Sequence record: NC_054917.1 | Strand: one strand, 5' to 3' | Length of the DNA stretch: 64,000 nucleotides | Origin: Escherichia phage vB_EcoM_G50 | In this document: in pieces, positions 59,682 to 64,000 of the stretch | Position numbering within the stretch: position 1 is the stretch's first letter | Layout of the letters: every line of letters starts with the position of its first letter | The notes under the pieces: generated by a model | Database searches by the model: none | Told to the model about the DNA's origin: nothing | Seen by the model: the letters and a program-made list of their open reading frames with translations, nothing else | Program-made: the position numbers and the translations under genes

Positions 59682-61141
59682 AGACCAGTTACCTCATGAA
59701 AATCACCAAATACATCCTCGAATGTATTAGCTTTAGTTTTATCTTCACGTAAACGAATCGCAATCGGAAGAAATAATTTAACGTAATCAGTGCGGCCATC
59801 AGATTTTAACCAACCGTTGCATTCGCACTCTAGAATTTTTCCAATATAATAATTTTGGTTTTCCATAATGCGAGTACGGTCAAGTTCATGCGATTTTACA
59901 CCGGCTTTATCTTTTAAGCCTGAACCTGCATTTACTTTAATTTTTCCACACTCTGATTCAAGAATAAATCCACCAGCTTTAGTAGGGTCTTTACGGTGAG
60001 GATAAATTCCTACAATTTTTAAATCAACATCAATTACTTCTTTAAATTTATAGAGATTTTTTGAACGAGCATTTTCCCACAATCCGTCGGTATTTTTGAG
60101 AATAATACCTTCAAAACCTTGGTCAATATATTTTTTATAAATTACCTTAGCTTCATCTAGGTTATTTACTACTTGGTTTTCAATTAAAATTACTTTATCA
60201 TATCCTGATGTCATTTGTTCTAGTTTAGAAAAACGTACATCATATTTTAAACGAAACGCCGGAAGACCGTATATTTCTACCAACGGGACATAATCCCAGA
60301 CCTGAAACTTCATGCATTTGGCTTCTTTTTCGGAAATGGTTCCTTTTAAGGATTTATTAGCGATTCCATTAGAAGTAGTACGAGATTCCGCTACTTCGGC
60401 GAATTCTTTAGCTTTACTAATTTCAGGATAAGCATCAAAAAGAAAATCTAGGCCTTCTGGTTCCTTTTTAACTTGCTCATGGTATACCAATTCGCCATCA
60501 ATTAACACACCTTCTGGATGAATCTGGCGGGCTTCAGCAGTCATTTTGATTAATTCTTCCTTAAGAAGATCTAATCCTAGATATTCATTACCAGCTCGTG
60601 ATAAAAGACGAACATCATCTAATTCATCACCTCGAACTTCAGCAAAACACCGAGATCCATCTGCTTTTAACTGTGCAAAAGCTGGAAACTTGATATTCTT
60701 ACTAATGCCTTTTTCATCATAAGAACTTGCCAGCATTTGAGGTTGTTCAGGAATTAAACCTGGCCAAACTTTGTTTGCAATAGATACTGAAGCACCGCAT
60801 TCAAGGTCTCGCATCATCACTCGACGCAAAACTTCAACATCATCCTTTTTACCATCGGTGATATATCCAGTCAATTCCTCAATTGCAGCATTTCCAGTCA
60901 ATTTCCGAGTAGCTAACGTGAATTCAATGAAGTCAAGCATATCGGTAATAGTCAGCATTCCAAAACTCTGGGTAGCAATACCAGGTTTAGGCCATTTCTT
61001 TATATAATACTGTAACCCACGAGAATAAGTCAGACGATATACCCGTTTAAGCAATTCATTATCTTTATTCTTTTCAAGAATTGCTTGCTTCTGCTTAGTT
61101 GATCCAATAGATGCTATTTCATTCAGAATTTTAAGAATCAT
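59678..61141 (-). CDS. 30: ATP-dependent DNA ligase gp30
   Basis: 487 aa as in T4; adenylation motif KADGSR. Confidence 0.95.
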   Translation of the reverse strand: MILKILNEIASIGSTKQKQAILEKNKDNELLKRVYRLTYSRGLQYYIKKWPKPGIATQSFGMLTITDMLDFIEFTLATRKLTGNAAIEELTGYITDGKKDDVEVLRRVMMRDLECGASVSIANKVWPGLIPEQPQMLASSYDEKGISKNIKFPAFAQLKADGSRCFAEVRGDELDDVRLLSRAGNEYLGLDLLKEELIKMTAEARQIHPEGVLIDGELVYHEQVKKEPEGLDFLFDAYPEISKAKEFAEVAESRTTSNGIANKSLKGTISEKEAKCMKFQVWDYVPLVEIYGLPAFRLKYDVRFSKLEQMTSGYDKVILIENQVVNNLDEAKVIYKKYIDQGFEGIILKNTDGLWENARSKNLYKFKEVIDVDLKIVGIYPHRKDPTKAGGFILESECGKIKVNAGSGLKDKAGVKSHELDRTRIMENQNYYIGKILECECNGWLKSDGRTDYVKLFLPIAIRLREDKTKANTFEDVFGDFHEVTGL

Positions 61142-61407
61142 TGTTCATCCTTCAGAGTTTGATTTACAGCTCTATTATAAATCAATTCATCATTAAGCTC
61201 AGGCAAAGACTTATGATATGTAGTTCTAACTTTATTTCCTTGCATCCAGTGCTTGACATAAATGAAACCTTGCTCTACACATTTTTTAAAAATTCGTTCG
61301 TCTTTTTGAGCTCGGAATTCTGGATTGCATCTAAAAAATTGATTTACGTGACCGTAATCACGTGTAGTATTACCTTCATTTTCATAAATAGTGTGAACGA
61401 CAAACAT
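61138..61407 (-). CDS. hypothetical protein, 30.1-like (89 aa)
   Basis: ORF immediately upstream of ligase, overlapping termini. Confidence 0.55.
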   Translation of the reverse strand: MFVVHTIYENEGNTTRDYGHVNQFFRCNPEFRAQKDERIFKKCVEQGFIYVKHWMQGNKVRTTYHKSLPELNDELIYNRAVNQTLKDEQ

Positions 61408-62270
61408 TAGAATGCTCCTTGGAAAATATTATCACCACTAGTAAATCTATTAAAATACCCTGCATCGCCAGGCTTGGTATAACTCCACGTATGGAATGGA
61501 TTCATATGATATGGGTGTGTATAATATGGATTATATGGATGTGTATAATATGGATTATACGGATTAAATCCAGGAGTTCTCCAGGTAGTGTTCCAACGAA
61601 AAGAATCGTTTTTAACCATCTTCTCAATTACATCTTTTATAGCTTTTTCACTATCAAAACTTTCTTTATTTTCCTTTGGTGAAAAAAGCTTATTTTCTAC
61701 ATCATTCCATGTATAAACTCGCTGAGCGGTTTTTGGAATATTGTCACGCTCTCCTCGCGCCATCCAATAAACAGGAACATTTAATATTTCACTCGCATGA
61801 TCGCAATGGTGAGCGAGATCGTCAATGTAACAAATTACGTTATATTTCTCTTTTGCCTTTTTGAACAACTCTTCTTTTGAAGAATCATGACCACACATCA
61901 TTACTTCTGAGAAGGCACCAGGAAAAAGAGCATTCAAATTAAATTGACGATTCAACAGAGCGTCAATAGAATCACCCAATGCTGTAACAGCTACAAAATT
62001 ATAATCTTCTTTTAATTTGTTAATTACACACAGGGCATCTTTATACGGAGACAAATAACGAATAAAATCTGAACGATTGTATTTTTCAATTAACTTGACG
62101 CCAAGTTCTTCATCACAATTAAAGAGTTTACCTGGAGAAATAAATTTCTCATCTTGGATCATTTTTAAAATATGTTCTAACGGAAGATTATATTTCTGAG
62201 CAAAATAAGGAAGGCCTGATTGCCAGCTTAAACATACTCCATCAATATCAGTTAAAATAGTAGGCTTCAT
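61407..62270 (-). CDS. HAD-like hydrolase with Tyr/Pro/His-rich C-terminal repeats, 30.2-like
   Basis: 287 aa; N-terminal HAD motif I LTDIDGV; C-terminus NPYNPYYTHPYNPYYTHPYHMNPF. Confidence 0.6.
   Translation of the reverse strand: MKPTILTDIDGVCLSWQSGLPYFAQKYNLPLEHILKMIQDEKFISPGKLFNCDEELGVKLIEKYNRSDFIRYLSPYKDALCVINKLKEDYNFVAVTALGDSIDALLNRQFNLNALFPGAFSEVMMCGHDSSKEELFKKAKEKYNVICYIDDLAHHCDHASEILNVPVYWMARGERDNIPKTAQRVYTWNDVENKLFSPKENKESFDSEKAIKDVIEKMVKNDSFRWNTTWRTPGFNPYNPYYTHPYNPYYTHPYHMNPFHTWSYTKPGDAGYFNRFTSGDNIFQGAF
61511..61558 (-). repeat. 24-bp tandem repeat (2 copies) in C-terminal coding region
   Basis: atgggtgtgtataatatggattat / atggatgtgtataatatggattat, one mismatch; encodes NPYYTHPY units. 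Confidence 0.85.
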
Positions 62271-62731
62271 AGAGAGTCTCTTAATAGATTTAACACATCA
62301 ATAAATTCAGCTTCGGTTAGTATTGTATCATCTTTTGTTAGACCACTAGCCATGCTGTGCTTCAAAACTTTTCCTTTCGAGGCTTGTAATGCATCGCGAA
62401 AGCCCTTGTTTTGGAACGCTGCTTCAAAATATGCATTTGTGTATAATTCTTTCCATGCTTCGGAATATCTTGAAAACGGAGTTCCAAGCCAGAACAACGT
62501 GCCACGGTCCTGAGCTCTTGCATAAGACCTTCCAGCTTGTTGGGCGGCAAGCCCGGATAACCCAAATATACGACGCTGTTGTTCAACATTTTTCACCTTG
62601 CATCCTTGGAGGAATCCTTCGAGACCTCCAAATTGGATACCATCCATAACAAAAGGCCATTGGGCGAAATTACTTAATGCACATGATGGCCATCTAAAAT
62701 TGCTTCTAATCTCTAACTCAGACATTTTCAA
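62267..62731 (-). CDS. NADAR (YbiA/DUF1768)-like protein, 30.3-like
   Basis: 154 aa; segment LSNFAQWPFVMDG resembles recalled E. coli YbiA motif LSNFAAWPIKVDG. Confidence 0.65.
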   Translation of the reverse strand: MKMSELEIRSNFRWPSCALSNFAQWPFVMDGIQFGGLEGFLQGCKVKNVEQQRRIFGLSGLAAQQAGRSYARAQDRGTLFWLGTPFSRYSEAWKELYTNAYFEAAFQNKGFRDALQASKGKVLKHSMASGLTKDDTILTEAEFIDVLNLLRDSL

Positions 62732-62924
62732 TACTTATAATTTCAACATCAGCCCAATGACCATAGCAAGGAAGACGAAATTCAACTGGCCAGTTAGGGT
62801 CCTTTTCTAATATAATAGACTGAACTTGTGGCTCTTCATGTTCATCGGTATACGGACCTTTATACGTTACTTTATATGTGACCTTAATGTACTGAATTCC
62901 AAAAATCTTATTAATTATATTCAT
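62718..62924 (-). CDS. hypothetical protein (68 aa)
   Basis: ORF with overlapping termini in the 30.x array. Confidence 0.45.
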   Translation of the reverse strand: MNIINKIFGIQYIKVTYKVTYKGPYTDEHEEPQVQSIILEKDPNWPVEFRLPCYGHWADVEIISIENV

Positions 62925-63118
62925 ATTAATTCCTTTAATCCATAGATAGGAGATAATTCATCACCCATACGAAGGTCTTCATTTCCATCTACCCAGGAAA
63001 CAATATAAGCCTCTTTTATTTGAATACCACTCCATTTAAATGGAGGTAGAACCTTAGAAATTAATCCAGGTATACCAACTCCCTTTAATTCAACAGTTTG
63101 ACCTAAAAAGAATTTCAT
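62921..63118 (-). CDS. hypothetical protein (65 aa)
   Basis: ORF with overlapping termini in the 30.x array. Confidence 0.45.
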   Translation of the reverse strand: MKFFLGQTVELKGVGIPGLISKVLPPFKWSGIQIKEAYIVSWVDGNEDLRMGDELSPIYGLKELI

Positions 63119-63405
63119 TAAAACCTCATCTGAAAACCGTGCGATTTAACATTACCGCCGCCAATATCAGAAATATTAATTTCGCGCGCAATTGAAGGGT
63201 CAATGTCAATTTCACGATTGAGTTTAGTAATAGCTAGAGTATCACGCCCATTTACAGTACGGAACTCTAAAGGGCAGACTACATTAACGTAGTTTTTAAT
63301 TGATTCACTGGTAGGTTGCAAATGAGCAGGAAGGTCTTTAGGTGCCTTAGAGAAAACCACTTCACAGAAATTTTTGCGGGTATCAAAATAAGTAGTCATA
63401 AACAT
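63118..63405 (-). CDS. hypothetical protein (95 aa)
   Basis: ORF in the 30.x array. Confidence 0.5.
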   Translation of the reverse strand: MFMTTYFDTRKNFCEVVFSKAPKDLPAHLQPTSESIKNYVNVVCPLEFRTVNGRDTLAITKLNREIDIDPSIAREINISDIGGGNVKSHGFQMRF

Positions 63406-63446
63406 AGTATTTTCCTCAGTAAGGGGCCGAAGCCCCTCATTTTATT

Positions 63447-63812
63447 TTAAATATCAAATTCGTTAAGAACTACATCAAAGATCGCTTCAAGATGCTCAGG
63501 TTTAGCTCTGTTACTCAGAATATGACGAATCCAAGTTTTAACCAGAAGCTTACGATTGACGCCATTCCAGCAAGGATGAGTACCTAAATCGCGTTGACGG
63601 AAATCATCATCTAATGCGATTTTAAAAGAAGAACCTTCTTTCGTGATTGAAACCGTGATGCCATTTTCAAATCGCATATAAACGTAGTTAGGAGTCATAT
63701 ACTGTTCAATTTCGCATACTGATCCATTTTGATGTTTCCAAAGGCAGATAGTATCAATAGAACCTGCAATACCATTAGAAACATATTTACGTTCAAAGTT
63801 GATGTAGTTCAT
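63447..63812 (-). CDS. hypothetical protein (121 aa)
   Basis: ORF preceded by hairpin GGGGCCGAAGCCCC at 63423-63436. Confidence 0.5.
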   Translation of the reverse strand: MNYINFERKYVSNGIAGSIDTICLWKHQNGSVCEIEQYMTPNYVYMRFENGITVSITKEGSSFKIALDDDFRQRDLGTHPCWNGVNRKLLVKTWIRHILSNRAKPEHLEAIFDVVLNEFDI

Positions 63813-63880
63813 TTTTATTCTCCGAGATGTTTAATTGCGGTACAGGTATATAATATCATATCCTGTACCAAAGTAAACAA

Positions 63881-64000
63881 TTATTTTACTACTTTCCAAT
63901 GTTGCATGTCAAGTTTACCAACTTTTTTCATCTTCTCAATTAAGCGTTCGGCACGTTGGCGGGCTGTAACATAATACCATTCACCCAATTCATTTTGTTC
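63881..64000 (-). CDS. partial CDS (C-terminal 39 codons of an upstream gene)
   Basis: Open frame from window edge to TAA at 63881-63883 (...EQNELGEWYYVTARQRAERLIEKMKKVGKLDMQHWKVVK); hairpin GGTACAGG...CCTGTACC downstream. Confidence 0.4.
   Translation of the reverse strand, partial: EQNELGEWYYVTARQRAERLIEKMKKVGKLDMQHWKVVK

Noticed and set aside
62362-62810. Several ORFs on both strands overlapping the NADAR-like gene
   Set aside because: They overlap a longer ORF with a recognisable conserved motif; most likely spurious alternative-frame ORFs.

Overview
This window is a contiguous piece of a T4-like (Tequatrovirus-type) myovirus genome, read from sequence alone with no database searches. 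Most of it (about 11.4-54.9 kb, + strand) is the late structural and assembly module in T4 order: baseplate and cell-puncturing device (53, 5, 5.4, 6-12), fibritin, neck and tail (13-15, 18, 19), terminase (16, 17), head (20, 67, 68, 21-24), then the divergent hoc/inh/rnlB, uvsW/uvsY and baseplate hub (25-29, 48, 51, 54) blocks. Many proteins were recognised by recalled T4 sequence and exact T4 length (e.g. gp5 575 aa, gp23 521 aa, gp12 527 aa, Wac 487 aa). The left 11 kb (- strand) is more variable: truncated nudE, a tandem array of small membrane-protein paralogs, two internal-protein-like genes, a structured non-coding region, an 11-gene tRNA cluster (T4 has 8 as I recall), ipI, 57B/Acb1, 57A, 1, 3, 2 and 4. 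The right end (- strand) holds two tandem Alt-family ADP-ribosyltransferase genes, DNA ligase (30) and a set of 30.x-like small genes including a NADAR-like and a HAD-like protein. The most interesting material is the accessory loci around the tRNA cluster and the ADP-ribosylation neighbourhood near alt. No CRISPR array, integrase or transposon was found.
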